64,000 nucleotides of DNA from an archaeon (GTDB lineage Archaea; Iainarchaeota; Iainarchaeia; Iainarchaeales; JANQMZ01). Below are positions 19,640-30,338 of the stretch, piece after piece; positions within the stretch are counted from its first letter, which is position 1; every line of letters begins with the position of its first letter. Position numbers and translations under genes: made by a program. The stretch spans positions 214,399 to 278,398 of the forward strand of contig JANQMZ010000007.1 of assembly GCA_028279805.1 (NCBI GenBank), in the 5' to 3' direction. Below the pieces are notes generated by a model. It worked only from the letters and a program-made list of their open reading frames with translations. It was not told where the DNA came from and searched no databases.

Positions 19640-20280
19640 ACTGCTTGTGCTTTTTCCTGTTTTCTTTTAAATCGTTTTAATCTGAACGTGTCTTCTCTTT
19701 CCATTTCTTCAAGCCTTAACTGAATAAATTTGGCATCCAGTTCCATTGCGGGAATAATGTTGAATTCCAAAGCATTTACCCTGCGTTTTGTTTTGCCTAT
19801 TTCCATCAATAATTTTTTTAAAGTGGTTTCAATTTCAGCTGCAATAATAATATTTTTAATTAAAGTGCCGTAACTTTTGGCGGCATCATCAATGTAAGCC
19901 GATGTTCCAATTACACCATAACCTCTCTCATTAAACTTCCATTCTAAAACACTTGAATCTGAATCAATTTCAGGGACCCTTACACCCATAACCATTTTGC
20001 TGTTAACATTTAAATTTAATTCAGAAACTCTTCCAAGAGCAGCTGATTTAACAGAAAAAGTTCCTTCAATTGCCCTTGCAAGATTAATTGAATCAGTTGC
20101 TTTTTTAAAATTTTGATTTAACTCTGACTTCATTTCTTTTGCTTTTTCAAAAACTTTAAAAAATTCTCTTATTAAACCGTCTCTTTTTCTCTGAAGCAAA
20201 GAATGCCCGGATTTTGCCAGCTTGATTTTTCTCCTCAGTTTTAATAACTCGGAACGAGTTGGTTTAATGTCTTTAGCCAT
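19636..20280 (-). CDS. atpD: A/V-type ATP synthase subunit D
   Basis: 214 aa; MAKDIKPTRSELLKLRRKIKLAKSGHSLLQRKRD conserved N-terminus of subunit D. Confidence 0.85.
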   Translation of the reverse strand: MAKDIKPTRSELLKLRRKIKLAKSGHSLLQRKRDGLIREFFKVFEKAKEMKSELNQNFKKATDSINLARAIEGTFSVKSAALGRVSELNLNVNSKMVMGVRVPEIDSDSSVLEWKFNERGYGVIGTSAYIDDAAKSYGTLIKNIIIAAEIETTLKKLLMEIGKTKRRVNALEFNIIPAMELDAKFIQLRLEEMEREDTFRLKRFKRKQEKAQAV

Positions 20281-20289
20281 TTTTTCACT

Positions 20290-21717
20290 TTATTCTTTTT
20301 CAGTAACAGTTTCTTTTTCTTTCTCTTCAGGTTTTTGTTCCTGAACATTTTCTTCCACAGGTTTTTCAGTGTAATATTTTTCAATTAATTCTTCATCAAT
20401 TCTTGTTAACTCTGTTCTCGGCAACAAGGATAACAAGTCCCAGCCAAGATTTAATGTGTCATCAATTGACCTGTTTTCATGGTTTCCCTGTGCAATAAAT
20501 TTTTGTTCAAAATTGTCTGCAAATTTTAAAAATCGTTTATCCCTGTCACTCATTGCTTCCTCACCAACAATTGTAACAAGCCCTCTTAAATCCCGTCCCT
20601 CTGCATAAGCAGCATACAGCTGATTCGAAACCGCTTTATGGTCCTCTCTTGTTTGTTTCGGGCCTATGCCTGCATTCATTAACCTGCTTAAACAGGGCAG
20701 AACATCAATAGGCGGCATGATTCCTTTTCTGTTCAAATCTCTTCCCAGAACAATTTGCCCCTCGGTAATATACCCTGTCAAATCGGGAACAGGATTTGTA
20801 ATGTCATCTCCTGGCATTGTTAAAATTGGCACCTGTGTAACAGAGCCTTGTTTGTTTTTGATTAAGCCTGCTCTTTCATAAATGCTTGCCAAATCTGTAT
20901 ACATGTAACCAGGATAACCACGCCTGCCCGGAACTTCTTCTCGTGCCGCGCCTATCTCCCTTAAAGCTTCACAGTAATTTGTCATGTCAGTCAAAATAAC
21001 AAGCACGTCCATTTTTTCTTCAAAAGCCAGGTATTCTGCGGTTGTCAAAACCATTCTTGGCGTAATTAACCTTTCAATTGCAGGGTCGTCTGCCAGATTC
21101 AAAAAAATTGCAGTTCTTTCCAGTGCACCTGTCTCCTCAAAATCACGGATAAATTGCTGGGCTTCCTCGCTTGTAATTCCCATAGCCCCAAACACAACTG
21201 CAAAATTTCCTCCTTTGGCTTTGGATTGTCTTGCAATCTGTAACGCAATTTCATTGTGAGGCAAACCTGAACCTGAAAAAATCGGCAGCTTTTGTCCTTT
21301 AACCAAAGTATTCATTCCGTCTATTGTTGAAATGCCTGTCTGAATAAAATCTTTAGGAGAATCTCTTGAAAAAGGGTTGATAGCAGCGCCATTAACATCT
21401 TTTTTTTCTTTTGGAATAATTTCAGGACCTTTGTCTATCGGTTTTCCAAGACCTGAAAAAACTCTGCCAAGCAAATCTTTTGACACGCCAAGCCGGATTG
21501 TTTTTCCCGTAAATTTAACAGTTGAAGCTTTTTCTATTCCGGATGTTCCTTCAAAAACCTGTACAACAACAACATCTTCAGATGTGTCCAGTACTTGTCC
21601 GTTTTTTTTCTCAGAACCCAAATCTATTTCAACCAATTCTCCGAATGAAACGTCGTGTGTTTTTTCAACAAAAATTAAAGGGCCTGCAACTTTTGAAATT
21701 GTTTTATATTCCTTCAT
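20290..21717 (-). CDS. atpB: A/V-type ATP synthase subunit B
   Basis: 475 aa; alpha/beta-family non-catalytic subunit motifs ([17 protein letters not shown]). Confidence 0.9.
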   Translation of the reverse strand: MKEYKTISKVAGPLIFVEKTHDVSFGELVEIDLGSEKKNGQVLDTSEDVVVVQVFEGTSGIEKASTVKFTGKTIRLGVSKDLLGRVFSGLGKPIDKGPEIIPKEKKDVNGAAINPFSRDSPKDFIQTGISTIDGMNTLVKGQKLPIFSGSGLPHNEIALQIARQSKAKGGNFAVVFGAMGITSEEAQQFIRDFEETGALERTAIFLNLADDPAIERLITPRMVLTTAEYLAFEEKMDVLVILTDMTNYCEALREIGAAREEVPGRRGYPGYMYTDLASIYERAGLIKNKQGSVTQVPILTMPGDDITNPVPDLTGYITEGQIVLGRDLNRKGIMPPIDVLPCLSRLMNAGIGPKQTREDHKAVSNQLYAAYAEGRDLRGLVTIVGEEAMSDRDKRFLKFADNFEQKFIAQGNHENRSIDDTLNLGWDLLSLLPRTELTRIDEELIEKYYTEKPVEENVQEQKPEEKEKETVTEKE

Positions 21718-21720
21718 TTT

Positions 21721-23481
21721 TTATCCTCCAATTAAACCATTAACCTCTTTTTCAATTTTTTCAGAAATTTCACTGATTTTTTTGTTAAAATTTTTTTCTT
21801 CAATTAATCTTGCTTTAACAAGCTCGTTTTTACTTTCAATGTTTGTAACAGCTTCGACACTGACACCTTTATCTACAGCATTTTCCGCCAAATCTCCAAA
21901 TGAAATAATTGCTTTTAACAATCCGGATTGTTTTTTTAAAGAACAAAAAGAATCAATTTCATGAAAAGCATTCTGCTGCAAAAAAGCTTCCCTGATAATT
22001 CTTGCAATTTCCAATGTTAACCTTTCTTTTTCCGGTAAAGAATCAGAACCAACAAGCTGAACAATTTCCTGCAGTTCGTCTTCTTTTTGCAGAATATTCA
22101 TTGCCTTTGTTCTTAAATAAATTGAATCCTTTGAAACATTGTCAACATACCATTGCTTTAACGGCTCATTATACAAAGAATAAGAATTCAGCCAGTTAAT
22201 TGCCGGAAAATGCCTTCTGTGAGCCAATTTTGCGTCCAATGCCCAGAAAACTTTTGTAATTTTTAACGTATTTTGGGTTACAGGTTCAGAAAAATCTCCG
22301 CCTGGCGGGGACACAGCACCTATTGCTGTAACCGAACCAATTCTTTTTTTGTCAGAGCCTAAACAGCTTACCCGGCCGGCCCTTTCATAAAATTCAGCCA
22401 GTCTTGCAGCAAGATATGCAGGATAACCTTCTTCACCCGGCATTTCCTCCAGTCTTGATGAAATTTCTCTCATTGCTTCAGCCCATCTTGAAGTTGAATC
22501 CGCCATCAATGAAACATCATAACCCTGGTCTCGAAAATATTCTGCAATTGTCATTCCGGTATAAATTGAAGCTTCTCTTGCAGCCACCGGCATGTTGGAT
22601 GTGTTTGCAATTAAAACAGTTCTTTCCATTAACGGCCTGCCGGTTTTAACATCCTGCAATTCCGGAAATTCTGTTAAAACTTCCGTCATTTCGTTTCCTC
22701 TTTCACCACAGCCGATATAAACAACGATTTCAGCATCAGACCATTTGGCTAACTGTTGTTGTGTAACCGTTTTTCCGGAACCGAACGGTCCTGGAATGCT
22801 TCCTGTTCCACCTTTTGCAATCGGAAAAAAAGTATCCTGCAGTCTTTGTCCTGTGATTAAAGGAATTTCAGGAAACAGTTTTTCTTTTGAAGGCCTTGGC
22901 CTTCTTACAGGCCAGTAATGGCCCAGATATAATTTTTCACCGTTGTCTAATTCGCCAATTGTTTCTTTTACGGTAAAAGAACCTGATTTAATTTTTTTAA
23001 TTTTGTGTGAAACTTTTCCGGTAATTGTAGGCGGAATCATTATTTTGTGAACAATGTTTTCTGTTTCCTTAACAGTGCCAATCACATCCCCGCCTGAAAC
23101 TTTGTCACCTTTTTTTACTGTTGCATTAAATTTCCACTTTTTTTTAACATCCAAGCCGGGAACATCTGCTCCTCTTAAAATAAAATTTCCCATTTGTTTT
23201 ACAAGAACAGGCAAAGGCCTCTGAATTCCGTCATAAATCTGTCCAAGCATTCCCGGTCCCAGAAAAATTGACAAAGGTTTTCCTGTGTTTGAAACTTTTT
23301 CTCCCGGTTTTAATCCGGTTGTTTCCTCATAAACCTGAATTGTAACTTTGTCGCCGGAAATCTGAATAACCTCACCCATTAATTCTTCTTCACCGACTTT
23401 AACCAAGTCATACATTCTTGCTTTCAGTCCCTGTGCAACAACAACAGGTCCGGAAATTCTGTAAATTTTTGCTACTTCCAT
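21721..23481 (-). CDS. atpA: A/V-type ATP synthase catalytic subunit A (no intein)
   Basis: 586 aa; Walker [10 protein letters not shown]; A-subunit-specific N-terminal domain. Confidence 0.92.
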   Translation of the reverse strand: MEVAKIYRISGPVVVAQGLKARMYDLVKVGEEELMGEVIQISGDKVTIQVYEETTGLKPGEKVSNTGKPLSIFLGPGMLGQIYDGIQRPLPVLVKQMGNFILRGADVPGLDVKKKWKFNATVKKGDKVSGGDVIGTVKETENIVHKIMIPPTITGKVSHKIKKIKSGSFTVKETIGELDNGEKLYLGHYWPVRRPRPSKEKLFPEIPLITGQRLQDTFFPIAKGGTGSIPGPFGSGKTVTQQQLAKWSDAEIVVYIGCGERGNEMTEVLTEFPELQDVKTGRPLMERTVLIANTSNMPVAAREASIYTGMTIAEYFRDQGYDVSLMADSTSRWAEAMREISSRLEEMPGEEGYPAYLAARLAEFYERAGRVSCLGSDKKRIGSVTAIGAVSPPGGDFSEPVTQNTLKITKVFWALDAKLAHRRHFPAINWLNSYSLYNEPLKQWYVDNVSKDSIYLRTKAMNILQKEDELQEIVQLVGSDSLPEKERLTLEIARIIREAFLQQNAFHEIDSFCSLKKQSGLLKAIISFGDLAENAVDKGVSVEAVTNIESKNELVKARLIEEKNFNKKISEISEKIEKEVNGLIGG

Positions 23482-23771
23482 AAGTCCACCCCAACATTTT
23501 GTTTAATCATTTCACGCAGGCTTACTTCCTGCCCGGTTTCAGATAATGTCACTATAACCGGTGTAACAGCCTTTTCAAGCCTTTTTTTTGTGTTAAAAGA
23601 TAATGCCTGAAAATCTTTTTCCTCCATTACCAGCACACCAAAATCCTGGTTGCCGATTAGCCTGTTTACTTTTTCATCAATCTCTTTGTCTGTTACAACA
23701 AAAGAATGTTTTAAACCTGCCAACTGAAAGCCTGTTACAAAATCATCAGAACCAATTATTGCCATTTCCAT
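23472..23771 (-). CDS. atpF: A/V-type ATP synthase subunit F
   Basis: 99 aa; position between C and A in operon; [17 protein letters not shown] typical. Confidence 0.75.
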   Translation of the reverse strand: MEMAIIGSDDFVTGFQLAGLKHSFVVTDKEIDEKVNRLIGNQDFGVLVMEEKDFQALSFNTKKRLEKAVTPVIVTLSETGQEVSLREMIKQNVGVDLWK

Positions 23772-24749
23772 TCAAATCACCAAATGCTGTTCTATTATTT
23801 CAGAATCAATATTGTTATGTTTTCCTCTTATAATCAAACGCAAATTCCTCACTTCATTTTCTTTTGCCAAAAAATAACCCAAAACAGGTGCAAAAGTTCT
23901 TTTAAAAATATGAACTTTTCTTATAGCAGTTTTGAGCAATTTTTTTCTTAAACTTAACGGGTTTTCAGGTTCTGATTCTTTTGACTTAATCTTTTTTTTA
24001 TTGTTGTCAAATCCTTTAATTAAATATTTTTCAATTTCTTCATCTTCAAATCCTTCATTTTTTGCCCTTATTTTATTCAACTGGTTTAAAATTTTGACTT
24101 CATCCGACATGTATTTTTTTAATTCGGGCTGGCTTTCCTGAACAACAAACTCGTAATAATATTTATCCAGTTCATCTTCCAGAACTCCCAGATTTTCCTG
24201 ATTGCTTCTTAAAATTTCATAATAAGGTTCGTTTTTAAGCATTAGAACAGCTTCATCAAAATCTGAAGCATTTTCAACAATGTTTTCAAAAAATTGTTTT
24301 AAATGTTCATCAAAAACAATCAGGTTGTTTAAAATTTCACTTTTTGATGTTTTTGTCAGTTTTCCTCTTAAAATTGTTTTAACATTAAAAATTTCCCATT
24401 TTTTTAAATATAATCCAATCTGGTGTCTGGCGTTTTTCATTGAAAAGCTGTAAATTTTTTTAAACGTATTTTCAAGATTTTTATTCAATCCGTATTCAAT
24501 TAAAACAACGCCTGAATATTTTAAAGCCAGTTCACTTATTTCTTTTCTGTAAGTTGTTTCACCCAAATATCTTGTAAGTTCATTTACACTCATTTTCAAA
24601 AGTTTTTGGTAATCATTTTCTGTTAAAAGTTCATGTTTCATCGCCCTTACTCTTGTATTGGTGTAAGCAAAACCTCTTCTGTTTTCAGAAAGATTATTCA
24701 AATAAATTTTTTGCAAGTTCATTAAAATTTTCCTCTTTAATTCTTTCAA
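23772..24749 (-). CDS. atpC: A/V-type ATP synthase subunit C (V0 d-like); start probably internal Met near 24722
   Basis: 325 aa; N-terminal YTNTRVRAMKHELL motif; operon context. Confidence 0.8.
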   Translation of the reverse strand: MKELKRKILMNLQKIYLNNLSENRRGFAYTNTRVRAMKHELLTENDYQKLLKMSVNELTRYLGETTYRKEISELALKYSGVVLIEYGLNKNLENTFKKIYSFSMKNARHQIGLYLKKWEIFNVKTILRGKLTKTSKSEILNNLIVFDEHLKQFFENIVENASDFDEAVLMLKNEPYYEILRSNQENLGVLEDELDKYYYEFVVQESQPELKKYMSDEVKILNQLNKIRAKNEGFEDEEIEKYLIKGFDNNKKKIKSKESEPENPLSLRKKLLKTAIRKVHIFKRTFAPVLGYFLAKENEVRNLRLIIRGKHNNIDSEIIEQHLVI

Positions 24750-25257
24750 GAATTATTTCAAAAGTTTGGTCAACACGAATTGTTTTGTCCGCATTTTCCA
24801 GAATCACGCCTCCAAGGCATTCAATTTCACCTGAAAAAGACAATTCAGGAAAAGCTTTCATGACAAACTTTTTATCCTCTTTATTGGAATAAAAAAATTT
24901 AGCATCAGGAAGCTCGTTTAAACCTATTTTAACAGTATTTTCAAGCACTTTTTCTTTTTGTTTTTTTGGCATTTTTTTGATTTTGTCAAAGGTTTTTTCC
25001 ATGATATCCCGTACAACATCTCTTTTGAATTTCATTGACTTTTTTTTAATCAAAATTTCAGTTGCAGAAATTTCTTTCCTGTCAAATTCCTGTGCAAATT
25101 CAAGCGTTTTTTTCTTTGTTTTTGCATGAAGTTTGTCTGCTTTTTTCCGCGCTTCTTTTTCAAGCGAAGACGCTTCCTGTTGCGCTTGTGAAACTATGCG
25201 TTTCTCTTCTTCATGCGCTTGTGACAGTATGCCATCCAATACTTTTTTGAGAGTCAT
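24694..25257 (-). CDS. atpE: A/V-type ATP synthase subunit E
   Basis: 187 aa, helical N-terminus, operon position K-E-C. Confidence 0.75.
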   Translation of the reverse strand: MTLKKVLDGILSQAHEEEKRIVSQAQQEASSLEKEARKKADKLHAKTKKKTLEFAQEFDRKEISATEILIKKKSMKFKRDVVRDIMEKTFDKIKKMPKKQKEKVLENTVKIGLNELPDAKFFYSNKEDKKFVMKAFPELSFSGEIECLGGVILENADKTIRVDQTFEIILERIKEENFNELAKNLFE

Positions 25258-25286
25258 TTTTTCTCCTTAAAAAACTTTTTCAATTT

Positions 25287-25514
25287 TTAACCGGCTAATC
25301 CGATTATCAGAATGCTTGTAACAAGTCCAAAAATGACAATTGTTTCAGGTATAACCATTAGAATCAATGAAGGAACAAAAAGTTTTTCATTTTCAGCTAA
25401 TGCTCCCAAAGCAGCTGTGCCTATTTCAGTTTCTGCTTTTGCCGCAGAATACGCGGATATTCCGATTGCAAAAGCCGCTGCAAATGCAACCATTCCCAAT
25501 TCAAGTTCTACCAT
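25287..25514 (-). CDS. atpK: A/V-type ATP synthase proteolipid subunit K (c), two-helix form
   Basis: 75 aa; two TM helices, conserved carboxylate in IPETIVIFGL. Confidence 0.8.
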   Translation of the reverse strand: MVELELGMVAFAAAFAIGISAYSAAKAETEIGTAALGALAENEKLFVPSLILMVIPETIVIFGLVTSILIIGLAG

Positions 25515-25574
25515 CTTTTAATCTCCTCCTGTTTTTTTTACCATATTAAAAGTTAGGTAAGTATAATTTTTTAT

Positions 25575-27386
25575 TTAATCCCCTCTTTTCCACCCGAAAG
25601 GCATATATCTTATGCCATTTCCTTTGTAAAATTTTGTAAAAAATTCAACATAATGCAATCTCATGCTCTGAATAAATGAGCCCATTACTCCGAGCCACAA
25701 ATTTATTGCATGCCCCAACAAAATTACTATTAAGCCTATAATAAAACCTGTAATACCGTTCCAGATATGCTGTCCTGCCAGATTATTTATAATTAAGGCA
25801 AGCTGCACTGAAGATAATCCTATTCCAAAAAGTCTTGCATATGAAATAATGTGTCCTACTGCTGACGGAATTTCAATTATTCCTGCAAACCCTTCCCCTT
25901 TAACCATTAAAACCAATGCGATTAGTGAAATTATCCCGCCTGAAATTAATCCAAAGCTGATCATTCCAAAGTTTTCCAAAATAACAAGCGCAACTCCTAA
26001 CTCCAGCAAAATCCATGAAATTCCTTCCTCAATCGCCCCCATCAAACCATGTTTTGCAAAACCGTTTACAGCCTTTAAAACAAAACCAAGGTTTATGTGT
26101 AATACGCCCACCAGCACTGAAATTAAAAGCATTTGAGTAATTCCATGAACCCTGTTAATCAAAGGATTGTGAACAAACTCTACTCCAAAAAATTCTGCAA
26201 AAACAAATCCAAAAAATATTGTTGAAATGCTTGAAAGCAAAAGAATTGTCAAAAGATTTTTCAGCTGTTTTCCTGGCTTTAAAAGCCTTAAACCGGTGTA
26301 AGATATCAAAAAAACAAGCAAGCCGTAACCCACGTCTCCAAGCATAAAACCGAAAAATAAAGGAAAAGTTATTGAAAACAAAACGGTGGGATCTAATTCA
26401 TAATATTTTGGCAAAGAATACAAGTCCAGAAACAGTTCAAAAGCATTTGTTGGTTTAGGATTTTCAAGCTTTGTAGGAGCTTTTTCCCCGGCGTCAAATT
26501 TTTCAATATGAATTCTTTTTTTTGCAGCCAGACTTAAAGAATTTTCAAATTTTTGCAAGCTTTCAGCAGGAATCCAGCCGTTTACAAAAAAAGAACGCAT
26601 GGATGAAGCAAACTGAAGAGGCGCTTCAGCTTTTTCATTTAACTGTGTTAAAGCCTGTTCAAATGAATTGATAAAAAGTTTATGTTTTTTTTTAATTGCC
26701 CTTAATTCTTTTCTTTTAAGCCTTATTTTTTTTCTGACGCTTGCCAGCATTGATTCAAGTTCTTTTTTTGATTCGTCAAACTTGATTTCAGATTCAGCAA
26801 AACCATGTGACAATAAAATTTTTCTGGTTTTCTCTTCCTCTGAAAGAGGAACAACAAGAATGAAAGCATTAGCTGTTTCCTCATTGTTTCCCATTAAATA
26901 ATATGACTTGACTTCATTTTTCAGTTCAGGTTCGAAATCTGACTGGCAAACTCCCTTAAACAGTTTAACATTTGAATAACCTTTAAGCAAAAAAGGCTTA
27001 ACATTAAGATTCAAAACAGGTTCTTCAAGTTTTCTTTTAATTGCCTCTCTTTCCTTCCTTAATCCAGTTAATTCAGAGTTTAGAAATTTAACTTCCTCAA
27101 AAATTTTGACAAATCTTGCATTAGCCTGTGAAATGTTTTCAATTTTTTTAATTTTTTTGCTTTTCCTGATTTTTAACAAGTCAATAACAGAACGCAGTTC
27201 AACCAAAGTCTTTGAATATTCTGAAGCTTCATCAAAAGAATTGCCTGAATTAAAAAAATCATTTTCTTTTTTTTTGAAAGGATTCACATGCAAAAGATTT
27301 AAGTCATACAATGAGCCTATAATTTCCTTCATCAAATTTTTAGGGCCGGAAATTCTGACCTTAACCATTTCTTCAGCGTGAAACAC
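25575..27386 (-). CDS. atpI: A/V-type ATP synthase subunit I (a)
   Basis: 603 aa; soluble coiled-coil N-half plus multi-TM C-half with conserved Arg region (YARLFGIGLSSVQLALI). Confidence 0.85.
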   Translation of the reverse strand: MFHAEEMVKVRISGPKNLMKEIIGSLYDLNLLHVNPFKKKENDFFNSGNSFDEASEYSKTLVELRSVIDLLKIRKSKKIKKIENISQANARFVKIFEEVKFLNSELTGLRKEREAIKRKLEEPVLNLNVKPFLLKGYSNVKLFKGVCQSDFEPELKNEVKSYYLMGNNEETANAFILVVPLSEEEKTRKILLSHGFAESEIKFDESKKELESMLASVRKKIRLKRKELRAIKKKHKLFINSFEQALTQLNEKAEAPLQFASSMRSFFVNGWIPAESLQKFENSLSLAAKKRIHIEKFDAGEKAPTKLENPKPTNAFELFLDLYSLPKYYELDPTVLFSITFPLFFGFMLGDVGYGLLVFLISYTGLRLLKPGKQLKNLLTILLLSSISTIFFGFVFAEFFGVEFVHNPLINRVHGITQMLLISVLVGVLHINLGFVLKAVNGFAKHGLMGAIEEGISWILLELGVALVILENFGMISFGLISGGIISLIALVLMVKGEGFAGIIEIPSAVGHIISYARLFGIGLSSVQLALIINNLAGQHIWNGITGFIIGLIVILLGHAINLWLGVMGSFIQSMRLHYVEFFTKFYKGNGIRYMPFGWKRGD

Positions 27387-27726
27387 TTTTCAATTCCTCT
27401 AAAAATTTTTTAAAAATAAAATTAACCTGTTTTGAAGTTTTTGGAATTACCTTTTTCTTCAAAGAATTCAACTTTTTTTCAGCTTTTACCTTAATTTCTT
27501 TTTTCTTTTTTTCAATTTTTTTCTCTTCCTGTGAAAAAATTTTTTCACGGAATTTAGCATCATTTTTTTCAGCATTAATTCCGACCTGAAGAGCTGATTT
27601 TTTTGCTTTTTCAAGAATTTGAAGTTTTTGCTTTTCAGCTTTTTCAACAATTTTTTGAGCCTGAATCTCAGTTTCCTTTATTTTTTCAAGTGATTCTTCG
27701 CTTGATTGTTTAACCAGTTGAGACAA
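27373..27726 (-). CDS. atpH: A/V-type ATP synthase subunit H (peripheral stalk)
   Basis: 117 aa all-helical K/E-rich, first gene of operon. Confidence 0.6.
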   Translation of the reverse strand: MSQLVKQSSEESLEKIKETEIQAQKIVEKAEKQKLQILEKAKKSALQVGINAEKNDAKFREKIFSQEEKKIEKKKKEIKVKAEKKLNSLKKKVIPKTSKQVNFIFKKFLEELKSVSR

Positions 27727-28123
27727 AATTAATCCCCCAAAACATTGCCAAAATGCTTAAAACAAATGAAAACACAACACGTTTTTAAAGCTTTTTAGCC
27801 GTTTTAAAGCAAAAACAAGCATTATACGGAAAATATATACAAAAAGAAAAAGAAAAAAGTTGTTAGATTCTCTAATTTTTGATTGTTAAAAAGTTTGAAT
27901 TTCAAAATAAAAATTGATAATAAGTTCTTTGAAGACACTATTGACAGCGTCAGAAGTTTTTCGGAATTTTTGACGCTACTTTTTTCAAATTTTTAAGCTT
28001 TCTCCCCCTGAAGCACTGCCCAACATTTTTTTGTTGGGCTGTTTCTTTTTACATTTTTCAGGTTTTTAAAAAAAAGGCTATAAAAACATTATCTTTTTTT
28101 ATTTTTCATCGGGGATTTTTTTA

Positions 28124-28879
28124 ATGATTCAGAATTCTTTTTGCTTTTTAAAATCCGGGGATATAAGAATTGAAAAAATTTTATGGCAGGAAGGAGTCAA
28201 AAACTGGAAAGATTTTTACAATTTAAACGGATCATCAGAATTAAAACAGCAGGAAATTGATTTGCTGGGAAATGAATTAAAAGAAGCCGAAGAAGAATAT
28301 GGTTCTGAAAACTCTGACTATTTTTACAAGCTTTTTCCTGAATCAGAAAACTGGAGACTGTTTAAAGATTTTGAAAAAAACACAATGTTTTTTGATATTG
28401 AATGCACCGGTTTAGGCTTTAATGATAAGACTACGATGCTTGGCACTCTTTTCAGGGGAAAATTTAATGCTTTGATTCGCGGGCAAAATCTTTCAAGGGA
28501 GAATGTTGCAGAAGAATTGAGAAAAGCAAAATTGCTTGTTAGTTTTAACGGAAGCCAGTTTGATATTCCTTTTTTGGAAAAAGAATTCAGAGTCAAAATA
28601 AACATTCCGCATGTTGATCTGCGTTTTACAGGTTACCAGATTGGATTAAGAGGTGGGCTAAAAAGCATTGAAAAAGAATTAAATTTTCAAAGAGATGAAG
28701 AAATTCAGAATGTTGATGGCTTTGAAGCAACCAGGTTGTGGAGAAATTATTTAAAAGGAAACAAAAAATCTTTACAGACCCTGGTGGAATACAACAAGTA
28801 TGATGTTGAAAATCTGGAAAAATTAATGAACCATTGTTATAATAAGCTGAAAAAAAAGAGATTAAATGAAGAAAATTAA
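28124..28879 (+). CDS. DEDD-type 3'-5' exonuclease (RNase H-like fold, YprB/PF13482-like)
   Basis: 251 aa; Exo I FFDIECTGL, Exo II SFNGSQFDIPFL, Exo III YNKYDVENL. Confidence 0.65.
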   Translation: MIQNSFCFLKSGDIRIEKILWQEGVKNWKDFYNLNGSSELKQQEIDLLGNELKEAEEEYGSENSDYFYKLFPESENWRLFKDFEKNTMFFDIECTGLGFNDKTTMLGTLFRGKFNALIRGQNLSRENVAEELRKAKLLVSFNGSQFDIPFLEKEFRVKINIPHVDLRFTGYQIGLRGGLKSIEKELNFQRDEEIQNVDGFEATRLWRNYLKGNKKSLQTLVEYNKYDVENLEKLMNHCYNKLKKKRLNEEN

Positions 28880-29169
28880 AGCACTGTTAAAGTGCCATTT
28901 CTTCCTGTGCCGACCTGTTTGTCGCCTCTGAATTCTGAAACCCAGCCGTTTTCAATTTTAACGGTGTCTCCTTCTTTAACCTCTGCACATTGTTCGTTCC
29001 ACAAAGTCAGGCTAACCTCACCGGAATCGTCTTTTGCAGCACAAGTGCATACTTTTCCTGCACCTTTTTCAGTGGCAAAATCTCTTACCTCTCCTTTGCT
29101 TACAACCTCAAGAGTAATTTCATCTACAGCCGTTCTAGGCTTCAAATCTTCTACTTTCATCAAATTCAC
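28876..29169 (-). CDS. single OB-fold nucleic-acid-binding protein (RPA/SSB-like)
   Basis: 97 aa beta-rich; pattern similar to tRNA_anti/RPA OB domains; convergent with exonuclease, 4 nt overlap. Confidence 0.4.
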   Translation of the reverse strand: MNLMKVEDLKPRTAVDEITLEVVSKGEVRDFATEKGAGKVCTCAAKDDSGEVSLTLWNEQCAEVKEGDTVKIENGWVSEFRGDKQVGTGRNGTLTVL

Positions 29170-29238
29170 CTCAAATATAAGTGTAACAATTCAACACCTA
29201 AAATGTTTAAAAAGGCTTTTGATTGTTTTAAAAAAATT

Positions 29239-30189
29239 TTAAAGCTTAAAAACCATGTTTTTTAAAGTCAGATTATGAATTACAATCCAGTTAAGCAATG
29301 TAACAAAAGCTGCAAAAATTATTGCACTCACTCCTGTCAAAAACTCGGGAATGTTTAAAGCCAGAACAAATGCAATAAAAACGAACTGCAAAAAGAAACC
29401 AAAAAAAGCATTCAATCCGAAAATTCTTAAAAATTCGGCTTTAAATTTTTTGAATTCAAACAAATAATAAAACAACAAAAACAAAAAAACTGAAACTCCG
29501 GCTGAAAAAACAACATAGCTTTCTGAAACCGTTAACCTTGCCAAAGGAATAAAAAAACTTAAAACAATTCCCAAACCTGTTAACAAAAAAGCAAGAGAAA
29601 AAGTTTTCAGAACAAATTTTTTTTTCTCAGCAAAAAAATTTCCGACAATTAAACCTATTACAACAATAAATGTCCATGTTAAAATTCCGGGCAGCCCGCC
29701 TTCCCCAAAATTTACAGCCAAACTGTGAAAAAAAGGGTGTTGCAACAGAAAAAAATGAAGCAATATTAAAAAAAAAGCAAAAACAAATTTGAACAAATTA
29801 TTTTTTGAACTGACAAAGAATGCAATAAAATAGGAAGCTCCAATTGCTTCCAAAACACCCCAGACCAACTGCAATGAATTGCTTCTTACCAGATTGTCTC
29901 CAAGCATTCCGATTAAAATAAGCAGAACAGAACGCTTCAAAACATGTTTTGTTATTTTTTCATTTGACTGTTTTAATATTTTTTTTCTTTTTTGCATTGA
30001 AAAATGAAGTGAAACTCCTACAATAAACAAAAAAAATGGAAAAATTAAATCAACAAAAGTTATTCCTCCGATACCATCAGGAAAATGTTTTAACGCAAAA
30101 GGAATCAATGAAAAAAAAGCCAAAGTGTTTACAAAAATCATTGATAAAACGGAAAAACCTCGAAAAATATCAACAAAATCATAACGCAT
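29239..30189 (-). CDS. polytopic membrane protein (DUF1624/acyltransferase-3-like?)
   Basis: ORF track gives 29239-30258; N-terminal 23 codons overlap the conserved tRNA-Arg trailer hairpin (ATG sits in hairpin loop), so start placed at Met 30189. Confidence 0.45.
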   Translation of the reverse strand: MRYDFVDIFRGFSVLSMIFVNTLAFFSLIPFALKHFPDGIGGITFVDLIFPFFLFIVGVSLHFSMQKRKKILKQSNEKITKHVLKRSVLLILIGMLGDNLVRSNSLQLVWGVLEAIGASYFIAFFVSSKNNLFKFVFAFFLILLHFFLLQHPFFHSLAVNFGEGGLPGILTWTFIVVIGLIVGNFFAEKKKFVLKTFSLAFLLTGLGIVLSFFIPLARLTVSESYVVFSAGVSVFLFLLFYYLFEFKKFKAEFLRIFGLNAFFGFFLQFVFIAFVLALNIPEFLTGVSAIIFAAFVTLLNWIVIHNLTLKNMVFKL

Positions 30190-30266
30190 GTAAACCAGCC
30201 AAATATGCAAACAAAGTAAACCAGTGCTGCCGAAGGCGCACGTTCCCACCCGAAACATCGGGCTAG

Positions 30267-30338
30267 CGGACCCGGAGGGATTCGAACCCTCAACCCACAG
30301 CTTAGAAGGCTGTTGCGCTTCCGTTGCGCCACGGGCCC
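30267..30338 (-). tRNA. tRNA-Arg (anticodon TCT)
   Basis: GGGCCCGTGGCGCAACGGAAGCGCAACAGCCTTCTAAGCTGTGGGTTGAGGGTTCGAATCCCTCCGGGTCCG; good cloverleaf; acceptor stem contains G3:T70 wobble. Confidence 0.85.

Noticed and set aside
9547-27381. Numerous 60-150 aa ORFs on the opposite strand or in alternate frames inside alaS, leuS, RSH, argS and ATPase genes (e.g. 9941-10183, 12872-13150, 18219-18671, 21377-21964, 25849-26136)
   Set aside because: They are low-complexity, AT-rich antisense frames nested within strongly supported long genes, so they are shadow ORFs.
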